Assembly (NCBI GenBank): GCA_028714695.1
Contig: JAQTLX010000010.1
Coordinates: forward strand, 73,397-137,396
Length of the DNA: 64,000 nucleotides
Origin: Ignavibacteria bacterium
GTDB lineage: Bacteria; Bacteroidota; Ignavibacteria; Tepidaquicellales; Tepidaquicellaceae
Direction: 5' to 3'
Below the pieces are notes generated by a model. That model searched no databases. It was not told where the DNA came from and saw only the letters and a program-made list of their open reading frames with translations. Shown one piece after another: positions 44,433 through 52,904 of this stretch; the stretch's first letter is position 1, and each line of letters opens with the position of its first letter. Both the position numbers and the translations under genes were made by a program.

Positions 44433-46184
44433 ATGAAGTCACTATTACCTTTAATCCCTTATCTTAAAGTCAGGAAGTGGAAACTAATCTGGGGTACTAT
44501 ATTCGTATCCGTCAGCATTTTCCTGCAAAGCCTTTATCCGATGGTTATAGGCAATGCTGTTGACGAAATTACTAATAAAACAACAAATTACACATATTTA
44601 TATTACGCGCTTCTAAGCGTTGGACTGATACTTGTCGGAGGAGTATTTCTATTTCTTACGAGACGAACAATTATTGTTGCATCTAGAGAAATTGAGAATG
44701 ATTTAAGGCACGATTTTTTTGAACATCTTCAGAAACTGCCTAAAGAATTTTTCGATAAAACCTCCACTGGCGATCTGATGGCGCATGCTACGAACGATAT
44801 AAATAATATAAGAAATTTTCTCGGCCCGGGCATAATGTATTCGATACAGACATTTCTGAGAACGGTCGTTACGCTTATTATCATGTTCAATATCAGTTCT
44901 AAAATTTCCTTTCTCGCACTGATTCCCCTGCCTTTAATATCAATGCTGGTTTATAAAGTCATGAAAACCGTTTACGGCAGGTCGCAGAAAGTTCAGGAAT
45001 CCTTTTCAGCGCTGACAACCAAAGTTCAGGAGAATTTTTCGGGTATACGGGTAATGAAATCATACGTAAGGGAAATATCGGAAATAAACCGATTCGTTTC
45101 CGTATCAGCCGATTACCAGAAAAAGAACCTGTCGCTTGCCAGAATTCAGTCGTATTCATTTCCGATGATGTTCCTGCTTACAAGTTTATCCGTTATTATA
45201 GTTGTATATTTCGGCGGAGTGGAAGTCATCAAAGGAAATATGACGCTTGGAAACGTTACTGAGTTTATTGTTTATCTCGGACAGTTGACATGGCCCATGA
45301 TTGCATTCGGCTGGGTAATTAATCTCATACAGAGAGCATCGCCTTCTATGGACAGAATCATGAAAATCAGGAATACAGAGCCCGCCGTAAAAGACAATGA
45401 AGGTGTTTCTTTCGATATAAAACCGGAAAATCTAAACGGCGAAATTGAGTTTAAAAATGTTTCCTTTAAATATCCCGGCACTGATTATTATGTTCTGAGA
45501 AACATTAACCTTAAAATACAAAAAGGCACAAGCCTCGGCATAATCGGACAAACGGGGTGCGGAAAATCAACACTCATAAATCTGATACCGCGTGTTTACG
45601 ACGTTGAAGAAGGTCAATTGATTCTTGACGGCAATGACATAAGGAAAATCCCCCTGCTTACTTTAAGAGAGTCGGTAGGAATTGTTCCTCAGGAATCATT
45701 CTTATTCTCGGATACACTCGAAAAGAATATTGCATATTCTTCAGATTTCGTCACGGAAGAAAGGATGATTGAATCGTCAAAACTTGCAGGACTATTCAAA
45801 GATGTACATATGTTTCCCGAAAAGTTTAAAACGCTTATAGGCGAAAGAGGAGTTACACTCTCAGGAGGGCAGAAACAAAGAACTTCTCTCGCCAGAGCAA
45901 TTTATAAAAAACCAAAAATTTTAATACTCGATGATTCGCTTTCCGCTGTAGATACAAATACCGAGGAGGAAATACTCAGGGGGCTTAAGGAAGTTCTAAG
46001 CGATAGAACAACAATCATTATATCCCACAGGATTTCCACATTGAAAAATCTGGACAATATAATCGTAATTGATGACCATACAATCGCCGAACAGGGAACA
46101 CACGATGAACTGCTTGAAAAGAAAGGCATCTACTACGACATACACGTGAAACAATTGCTTGAAGAAGAAATCGAGGAAATGTAA
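44433..46184 (+). CDS. ABC transporter permease/ATP-binding protein (type I exporter half-transporter)
   Basis: 583 aa. 6-TM domain, then Walker A GQTGCGKST, signature LSGGQKQR, Walker B ILILDD. Confidence 0.93.
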   Translation: MKSLLPLIPYLKVRKWKLIWGTIFVSVSIFLQSLYPMVIGNAVDEITNKTTNYTYLYYALLSVGLILVGGVFLFLTRRTIIVASREIENDLRHDFFEHLQKLPKEFFDKTSTGDLMAHATNDINNIRNFLGPGIMYSIQTFLRTVVTLIIMFNISSKISFLALIPLPLISMLVYKVMKTVYGRSQKVQESFSALTTKVQENFSGIRVMKSYVREISEINRFVSVSADYQKKNLSLARIQSYSFPMMFLLTSLSVIIVVYFGGVEVIKGNMTLGNVTEFIVYLGQLTWPMIAFGWVINLIQRASPSMDRIMKIRNTEPAVKDNEGVSFDIKPENLNGEIEFKNVSFKYPGTDYYVLRNINLKIQKGTSLGIIGQTGCGKSTLINLIPRVYDVEEGQLILDGNDIRKIPLLTLRESVGIVPQESFLFSDTLEKNIAYSSDFVTEERMIESSKLAGLFKDVHMFPEKFKTLIGERGVTLSGGQKQRTSLARAIYKKPKILILDDSLSAVDTNTEEEILRGLKEVLSDRTTIIISHRISTLKNLDNIIVIDDHTIAEQGTHDELLEKKGIYYDIHVKQLLEEEIEEM

Positions 46185-46186
46185 AA

Positions 46187-47998
46187 ATGACAGTAAAAAA
46201 GATTACACATAAAAAAGAAGAAGATGCACTCGGCAAACCGATTGACTCAGTTTTATTCAAACGTCTTCTTAAATACTTCAAACCGTATGCATGGTATATT
46301 GTACTTGCTACATCACTGACAATATTCATCGCGGCACTGGCTGCCGTAAGACCAAAACTGACGCAGATTGCAATCGATGATAATATCGTTAATAAGAATA
46401 TCCCGGGACTTCAGAAAATCATCATTCTCCTTATTGCCACTCTTGTTGTGCAGGGATTCATTCAATACGCGATGACATATCTTACAAGTTGGATAGGACA
46501 AAAAATTATTTTCGACCTTCGAAAAACGATTTATGAGCATGTAATTAACCTTAATCTGAAATTTTTTGACAACAATCCCATAGGCAGGCTTGTTACAAGA
46601 GTTACTAACGATGTAGAAGTGCTCTATGAAGTTTTTTCATCAGGTCTTGTGACTGCATTCGGCGACGTACTTACGATTATATGGATTCTGTATTTCATGT
46701 TTACGCTTGACGCAAAACTGACTCTTGTAACACTTTCAGTACTTCCGCTTCTTGTTTATGCAACTTCCGTTTTCAGAAGAGCGGTAAGAAATTCATACAG
46801 GAGAATCCGAGTTCTTATTGCGTCAATCAATACTTATATACAGGAACATCTTACGGGTATCAGCGTTGTACAGTTATTCGGAAAAGAAAAAAGAACAGTC
46901 GAAGAATTTGAAGTGATAAACAGCGAGCACACACAGGAAAACAAGAACAGCATAATGTATTATGCGCTTTTCTTCCCTGTAGTAGAACTTATCGGCGCGG
47001 CGGCAGCAGGCTTGATTATCTGGTACGGAGGCGGACAGGTACTGCGGGGCGCGGTATCGGTCGGTATTATTATTTCTTTCGTTCAGTATACTGAAATGTT
47101 CTTCAGACCCATTAGGGACCTTGCGGAAAAATACAACATACTCCAGACTGCAATGGCATCCAGCGAAAGAATTTTTAATCTGCTTGATACAACCAATCCC
47201 GTCGTCGACCCGGATGAACCTATTACACTTGATAATGTGAAAGGCGCTATCGAGTTTAAAAACGTATGGTTTGCTTATAACGACGAAGACTATGTGCTTA
47301 AAAACATTTCTTTCAAAATTAATGCAGGAGAAAAAGTTGCATTCGTAGGACACACTGGCGCAGGCAAAACAACCATCATCAATCTAATCAACAGATTTTA
47401 CGATGTAAACAAAGGTTCTATCAGTCTTGATAACGTTGACATACGAAATCTCAGACAAAAAGAACTGAGAAAAAATATCGGTGTAGTTCTTCAGGATGTT
47501 TTTCTTTTTTCGGGTAACATCAAATATAATATTGATCTTGAAAACGAGGAGATTTCCGAAGAGAGGGTTCAAAATGCCGTTGATAACGTAGGTCTCAGAA
47601 AATTCATAGATGAAATACCGGAAGGTATTATGCAGAAAGTTAACGAGAGAGGCTCGACTCTGTCAGTCGGACAGCGTCAGTTAATCTCGTTCGCAAGAGC
47701 GCTCGCTTACGACACAAGAATTTTAGTGCTGGATGAAGCCACATCTTCAGTTGATACGGCAACCGAACTGCTGATACAGGAAGCGATAAAGAAACTCATT
47801 CAGAACAGGACGTCAATTATTATCGCGCACAGGCTTTCCACGATTCAATCATGCGATAAGATTATTGTAATGCATAAAGGCGAAATCAAAGAAATGGGAA
47901 ATCATCAGGAACTTCTGAATAAAAAAGGTCTCTATTATAAATTGTATCAACTTCAATATAAAGAAGAATTCGAAAAATCAGGGAGTAAGAATGATTGA
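46187..47998 (+). CDS. ABC transporter permease/ATP-binding protein (partner half-transporter)
   Basis: 603 aa. Walker A GHTGAGKTT, signature LSVGQRQL, Walker B ILVLDEATS. It starts 2 nt after the previous stop, consistent with a heterodimeric exporter. Confidence 0.93.
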   Translation: MTVKKITHKKEEDALGKPIDSVLFKRLLKYFKPYAWYIVLATSLTIFIAALAAVRPKLTQIAIDDNIVNKNIPGLQKIIILLIATLVVQGFIQYAMTYLTSWIGQKIIFDLRKTIYEHVINLNLKFFDNNPIGRLVTRVTNDVEVLYEVFSSGLVTAFGDVLTIIWILYFMFTLDAKLTLVTLSVLPLLVYATSVFRRAVRNSYRRIRVLIASINTYIQEHLTGISVVQLFGKEKRTVEEFEVINSEHTQENKNSIMYYALFFPVVELIGAAAAGLIIWYGGGQVLRGAVSVGIIISFVQYTEMFFRPIRDLAEKYNILQTAMASSERIFNLLDTTNPVVDPDEPITLDNVKGAIEFKNVWFAYNDEDYVLKNISFKINAGEKVAFVGHTGAGKTTIINLINRFYDVNKGSISLDNVDIRNLRQKELRKNIGVVLQDVFLFSGNIKYNIDLENEEISEERVQNAVDNVGLRKFIDEIPEGIMQKVNERGSTLSVGQRQLISFARALAYDTRILVLDEATSSVDTATELLIQEAIKKLIQNRTSIIIAHRLSTIQSCDKIIVMHKGEIKEMGNHQELLNKKGLYYKLYQLQYKEEFEKSGSKND

Positions 47999-48596
47999 TA
48001 AACTTTTAATCGCGACAAACAACAAAGATAAAGTAAGAGAAATCAGAAAACTTTTCGAATCATCGAACATTGAAATTCTCACACTTAAAGACCTCAATAT
48101 TGAAATCGAAGTTGAGGAAGATAAAGACACACTTGAAGGCAATGCGCTGAAAAAAGCGGAAGAGATTTGGAAGATTGCGCGAATCCCCTGCTCTGCAGAT
48201 GATACCGGACTTTTTGTCGACGCTTTGAACGGCAGCCCGGGAGTTTATTCTTCAAGATATGCGGGCGAAAACGTTACTTACGCCGACAACAGACATAAAC
48301 TCCTTCACAATCTCAAGAAAGTCGCCGATGGAAACAGAAAGGCAAGATTCAAAACCTGCGTGTGCTTCTATTACGATGAAAATAAATATTTATTCTTTGA
48401 AGGAGTATGCGAAGGAAAAATAATCGGTGAAGAACGCGGAGAAAAAGGATTCGGCTATGATGCGGTATTCCTTCCGGACGGATTCAATAAGACATTCGCT
48501 GAACTTGAAATTGATGTTAAGAACAGGATTTCTCACCGCGCAAAAGCATTCGAAAAATTCAAAGAATATCTAACTGAATTCAACTTGCCTGAATAA
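47991..48596 (+). CDS. rdgB: Non-canonical purine NTP pyrophosphatase (dITP/XTP), RdgB/HAM1 family
   Basis: 201 aa. LLIATNNKDKVREI, SADDTGLFVDALNGSPGVYSSRY, FGYDAVF, ISHRAKA. Confidence 0.92.
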   Translation: MIDKLLIATNNKDKVREIRKLFESSNIEILTLKDLNIEIEVEEDKDTLEGNALKKAEEIWKIARIPCSADDTGLFVDALNGSPGVYSSRYAGENVTYADNRHKLLHNLKKVADGNRKARFKTCVCFYYDENKYLFFEGVCEGKIIGEERGEKGFGYDAVFLPDGFNKTFAELEIDVKNRISHRAKAFEKFKEYLTEFNLPE

Positions 48597-48616
48597 CTAT
48601 ATTCCTTTCTTCCTGA

Positions 48617-48782
48617 ATAACTATTTTCATTTCTATAATAAAAAAAATTCCCGCACTCGTTCAAAAATGCAGGAATCAGTATTTCTAATTATTAATTACT
48701 AATTACTAAATAACTATTTTCATTTTTACAATAAAATATTCCCGCACTCGTTCAAAAATGCGGGAATCAGTATTTCTAATTT
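48617..48782. repeat. Direct duplication (period 92 bp) of a 74-bp hairpin-containing module
   Basis: Copy A is 48617-48690 and copy B is 48709-48782. The sequence is aataactattttcattt.ta.aataaaa..attcccgcactcgttcaaaaatgc(a/g)ggaatcagtatttctaatt. The leading 'ct(g/a)aataactat' also occurs at the rdgB stop codon (48589-48600). Confidence 0.85.
48640..48676 (-). terminator. Rho-independent terminator (copy A of the duplicated module; copy B hairpin at 48738-48767)
   Basis: Stem attcccgca/tgc(a)ggaat with a 12-nt loop. On the minus strand it is followed by T8 (A-run 48640-48647). It would terminate the C69 peptidase transcript. Confidence 0.5.
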
Positions 48783-48799
48783 CTAACCAACTTCTTCGC

Positions 48800-48875
48800 A
48801 ATTACTAATTACTAATTACTAATTACTAATTACTAATTACTAATTACTAATTGTTAATTGTTAATTGCTAATTGT
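48800..48875. repeat. Heptanucleotide microsatellite (TAATTAC)n with variant terminal units
   Basis: aattac + 7 x taattac, then taattgt, taattgt, taattgc, taattgt. It ends 1 nt from the C69 peptidase stop codon (48877-48879). A short (taattac)2 also follows copy A at 48693-48706. Confidence 0.9.
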
Positions 48876-48876
48876 A

Positions 48877-50544
48877 TCAGTGCCCCGTCTCCCCTATTAC
48901 CTTAAATTTATCTCCTGTCTGTTTGACTAGTTCCTTATACCATTCAGCGCCGTAACCGGGCTGTGAAACTTTCGGTATTCTGCTTCCCGGTACTACTGTT
49001 TTAATATTTCCGTCCATAAATTTGCAGAAAAGAAATCCGTACAACTGTTTCCACCTGTCAAATGTATTTTTCCCTGCTTTGAGGCAGTAATCGGTTAGAA
49101 AGTCTCTCGCCGTTTCTACATCCTTATCTTTTAACTCAAGCATGGTCTTATCAACTTCATCTATACTGTTCACATACCCTATTTCAAGTTCTTTTTGCAC
49201 AGGCTGTATGTCAAGTATCATATCTTTATATCTCGTATAAGCAAAATTCGATACCTGATTGAATATCCAGAATAATGAAGAATCGCTGAATACCATCATG
49301 TCACCGTTGCCGACTGCAAAATTAGGCGGTACCTTTTTTATCGCCGTATACATAGGCGTATAAACTGTCGTAAAATTGTCGTCTACACCAAACCAGAAAA
49401 TACCGCCAAGATTTTCAGGCAGCCAGGAACGCGACTGTGTTACGAATGAAAATCCTGTTTGCTGTGTAGAAATCGCCCTTTCGTTAAAATATGTCTTTTC
49501 TACTACTTTTCCTGTCGAATCTTTTAATCCCACCTTCCAGGTTAATGGTCTCCATCTTACCGGACAAGTATAAGGCCCTGCGCCGAAATCCTTTGTCATG
49601 TCAAGCGGAGTTCCTTCAAAATGGTCTCTCATAATATTCATTACATCATAAACCGAAATTTTCTTCTCCGGTTTAACCCATAAAGGCATTTTATTCTTTA
49701 AATTCTCGCCTTTTGCATAATCGAGATATTTATCCATTCCTTTTGTAACTTTATTGAACATTGACCAGACCCTTGCTTCACAGAATCTTGCACCTTCAAA
49801 ATCTACAGGAGCGTATGTTTCGCAAAAAGAAAAATCTTTATCTTCGCCTTTGTAATAACCCTTCGATTTTGCGAAAGTGATTACGTCTTTTGCATAATAA
49901 CAATTCATTGTATCGTTTAATGGAAACTGGCGTATCCTTGACTGGTTTGCATGCCCTGATACGTATCCGTCAGGAACTCTCATTGCAACCCATACCGCAC
50001 CCTTATTTCCGGCTCCCTTGCCAATCATATCCATAATCCAGACTTCATTCGGGTCGGAAAATGAAAATGTTTCACCTTCGCTGCAATATCCGTACTCTTC
50101 AGTTAGTTGCGCCATCACCTGTATTGCTTCCCTGCAGTTTCTTGCTCTCTGCAGAGAAAGATAAATCAAAGAACCGTAATCCATTTTAGCCGTCGTATCA
50201 ACAAGTTCCAGTCTTCCGCCGTAAGTTGTTTCACCTACTGCAAGTTGGAATTCGTTCATGTTTCCAACAACATTGTATGTGTGGGGTACCTGAGGAATCT
50301 GCCCGAGCAATCTGCCCGAATCCCATTCTATCACATCCAGCATTGTGCCCGGAGGATAATTTGCCGAAGGCCAGAAATACAATTCGCCGTATAATGTATG
50401 CGAATCTGCCATATACGTAATCATCGTCGAACCGTCAACCGACGCACCCTTGGTTACAAGAAAGTTCGTACATGCTTTTATTGTATCATTTAAAAATGAA
50501 AACTGTAATAAAATTACTGTTGCGATTAAAAGAATTTTTTTCAT
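48877..50544 (-). CDS. C69-family dipeptidase
   Basis: 555 aa. Signal peptide followed by the nucleophile Cys in IKACTNFLVTKGASVDGSTMITY, the hallmark of peptidase family C69. Confidence 0.9.
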   Translation of the reverse strand: MKKILLIATVILLQFSFLNDTIKACTNFLVTKGASVDGSTMITYMADSHTLYGELYFWPSANYPPGTMLDVIEWDSGRLLGQIPQVPHTYNVVGNMNEFQLAVGETTYGGRLELVDTTAKMDYGSLIYLSLQRARNCREAIQVMAQLTEEYGYCSEGETFSFSDPNEVWIMDMIGKGAGNKGAVWVAMRVPDGYVSGHANQSRIRQFPLNDTMNCYYAKDVITFAKSKGYYKGEDKDFSFCETYAPVDFEGARFCEARVWSMFNKVTKGMDKYLDYAKGENLKNKMPLWVKPEKKISVYDVMNIMRDHFEGTPLDMTKDFGAGPYTCPVRWRPLTWKVGLKDSTGKVVEKTYFNERAISTQQTGFSFVTQSRSWLPENLGGIFWFGVDDNFTTVYTPMYTAIKKVPPNFAVGNGDMMVFSDSSLFWIFNQVSNFAYTRYKDMILDIQPVQKELEIGYVNSIDEVDKTMLELKDKDVETARDFLTDYCLKAGKNTFDRWKQLYGFLFCKFMDGNIKTVVPGSRIPKVSQPGYGAEWYKELVKQTGDKFKVIGETGH

Positions 50545-50690
50545 GCCAATTATACTTGTTTGTCAAAAATAATGATTTCAGACCTTAAAGAATATAGATA
50601 TCGCAGTTTCAAAATGAGAATGATTTTCTCAAAATGATAAAATGGAATTTATAAGAACTACATATTTAAACAGAATTTGAAGAAAAATAT

Positions 50691-50706
50691 GGGCATGAAA
50701 ATTGCA
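50691..50706 (+). promoter_or_regulatory. Sigma-54 (-24/-12) type promoter, gGGCAT-GAAAA-TTGCA
   Basis: Reads ATATGGGCATGAAAATTGCACAA. GG, the 5-nt spacer and TTGCA fit the consensus. There are 40 nt to ATG 50747. The TTG the ORF track used as start (50702) is the -12 element. Confidence 0.5.
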
Positions 50707-50746
50707 CAAAATTTTTTTGTTATTAGGAATATTTAAATTTGGGGTC

Positions 50747-52795
50747 ATGAAAAAGGGGTATGTAATTCTTATCATCTTGTCCATACAGATGATTTTTGCT
50801 AATCTCTATCCGCAGGCAGGCGGTAGAGCTTTAAATCTCCAGAACGCAGATTATCTGGCGCATGGGGATTTTGTATATTGCGGTGCGCCAAATTACGGTT
50901 TAACAGATAAACTTACGGTTTGCGCATGGGTTAGATGGACAGTCAATCCGCAAACTTATGTCAATGTCCACAGCGATCAGGAGGGCCGCCGTGCGAATAT
51001 TATTACTCTGGACAGACATAATGCCAAAGACAACGGACAATTCTGGCTGCAGCATTCATTAAACAACAACAATTTCGAATGGGCCGTTCAAACAGATACA
51101 CGCCAAAATGTTCAATCATCAACAGTACCGCAGCAGAATGTGTGGGTTTATCTTACCGGCGTTTACGACGGAAGTTCGACGGGAGAAAAACTGATTTTAT
51201 ATGTAAACGGCATCAAAGAAGCCTCGCTTTCCGGTGAAATAAGCGGTAACATTCAAGCGCTGGATCCAAATTCAATGCGTCTGAATATCGGCAGACTGCC
51301 GAACGGTTACAGGCTGTTCGCAGGAATGCTGGATGAAATCAGAATCTATAAAAGGGCGCTTGGCATTGATGAAATACGAAAACAGATGTTTTATAAAAAC
51401 ACTGTCGATAACACGGACCTTGTAAGTTACTGGGACATGAATCAACCCAGCGGAACTACAGTTTACGACCTTGTTCCTATCAACCCCGTGAACGGAAAGT
51501 TCTATACGGCGCTTATTGACGTACATAGTTTAACTACATCGCCATATAGAATTTTCGACGACGACAAATCGTGGGAAGTCAACACATGGCTTAACTGCAC
51601 AATCAGGACTGTAGCAGGAAACGGAGTGGATGAGATTAATAATATCGTTTCGAATACAGCGACATCTCTCACTTTCCAGAATCCATGGGTGACAACTCCT
51701 AAACTCGATGACGGCGGTACAGGAACGGGCATGACATGGTTTGGTGTGGAAAAAACGGGAGAAGTATCGCAATGGGTTTTATCAACTGCATCCGTCGGGG
51801 AAGATTCAAAAATAATTAAAACTACAGATTCGAGTTATGTAGGCTGGGCAGGTGCAAGTTTATCGGTTAAAATATCCTCTGTCCCTGACAACAGCAATAA
51901 TCTGTCAATCTATTTTTGGGGTTTCGTTGATGGATTACCGGTGAATACGGAAAGCGTACCGGCAGAAATGACAAAGCGTTCAAATCTGGTTTGGGGAATT
52001 AATGAGTGGGGTACGGTTACATCGAGTATTTTTATTGCATACCCTAATATTCTCGGTAATTTCAATCCTTCAAAATGCAGACTCCTGCAGAGAACCAGGG
52101 GTTCAAATTCCTGGTCTTATGTAAATAACGTCATCGCGGATTCAGTACAGAGAACTTTTTATGTGCCGGAAGTTACGGATTTTATGGAATACTCAATAGG
52201 CATGACAGATGAAATAATGCCGGTCTCAATGGAATATCTTAACTACAGTATATCAGGCAGAGATTTAATTCTTAACTGGGCAACAAATTCAGAATCGAAT
52301 AACAAAGGCTTTGAAATCTATCGTTCTGCTAATAACGGCAAATCATGGGATTTGTCGGGTTTTGTTAACGGAGCGGGCAATTCAAACATCAAAACCGTTT
52401 ATACTTTCAAAGATAAAAATCTATCCGCAGGAACATATCAGTACAGATTAAAACAGATAGATTATAACGGGAATTTTGAATTCTTCAAACTCAATTCGAC
52501 CGTCGTAATATCTCTTCCGCATAATTTCGTTTTAAAACAAAATTATCCGAATCCTTCTAATCCTGTTTCAAAAATCGATTTTGAACTACCGTCTGACTCC
52601 TACGTTAAAATCGAGATATTCGATTTAACAGGCAGGTTGATTACTAAACTTGAAGACGGGAAAAGGAGCGCGGGATATCATTCGGTAAAATTTGACGGTT
52701 CGAATCTTTCAAGCGGAATTTATTATTACAGATTGAACGCTCAGTCCGGTAATGACAATTTCATAAAAACATATAAACTTGTACTTATAAAATAG
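50747..52795 (+). CDS. LamG/concanavalin-A-like lectin domain protein with T9SS C-terminal sorting domain
   Basis: Start at ATG 50747 (MKKGYVILIILSIQMIFANLYPQ). LamG hallmarks are LTVCAWVRW...LYVNG...LDEIRIYKRAL. An Ig-like module follows (NWATNSESNNKGFEIYR...YRLKQIDYNG). CTD is LKQNYPNPSNPVSKIDFELP. Stop codon is TAG. Confidence 0.85.
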   Translation: MKKGYVILIILSIQMIFANLYPQAGGRALNLQNADYLAHGDFVYCGAPNYGLTDKLTVCAWVRWTVNPQTYVNVHSDQEGRRANIITLDRHNAKDNGQFWLQHSLNNNNFEWAVQTDTRQNVQSSTVPQQNVWVYLTGVYDGSSTGEKLILYVNGIKEASLSGEISGNIQALDPNSMRLNIGRLPNGYRLFAGMLDEIRIYKRALGIDEIRKQMFYKNTVDNTDLVSYWDMNQPSGTTVYDLVPINPVNGKFYTALIDVHSLTTSPYRIFDDDKSWEVNTWLNCTIRTVAGNGVDEINNIVSNTATSLTFQNPWVTTPKLDDGGTGTGMTWFGVEKTGEVSQWVLSTASVGEDSKIIKTTDSSYVGWAGASLSVKISSVPDNSNNLSIYFWGFVDGLPVNTESVPAEMTKRSNLVWGINEWGTVTSSIFIAYPNILGNFNPSKCRLLQRTRGSNSWSYVNNVIADSVQRTFYVPEVTDFMEYSIGMTDEIMPVSMEYLNYSISGRDLILNWATNSESNNKGFEIYRSANNGKSWDLSGFVNGAGNSNIKTVYTFKDKNLSAGTYQYRLKQIDYNGNFEFFKLNSTVVISLPHNFVLKQNYPNPSNPVSKIDFELPSDSYVKIEIFDLTGRLITKLEDGKRSAGYHSVKFDGSNLSSGIYYYRLNAQSGNDNFIKTYKLVLIK

Positions 52796-52855
52796 AGTTC
52801 CTTTCATTTTGTTTGATGGACGGGGTAATAATAACTTATTATCTCATCCAAAGAA

Positions 52856-52886
52856 AAAGGCTGCCTTAGAGGGCAGCCTTTGTTTT
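52856..52886. terminator. Bidirectional rho-independent terminator between convergent genes
   Basis: 10-bp stem aaaggctgcc/ggcagccttt with loop ttagag. GTTTT follows on the plus strand and an A-run precedes it. Confidence 0.7.
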
Positions 52887-52904
52887 ATCAAACCAAAATT
52901 TCAT

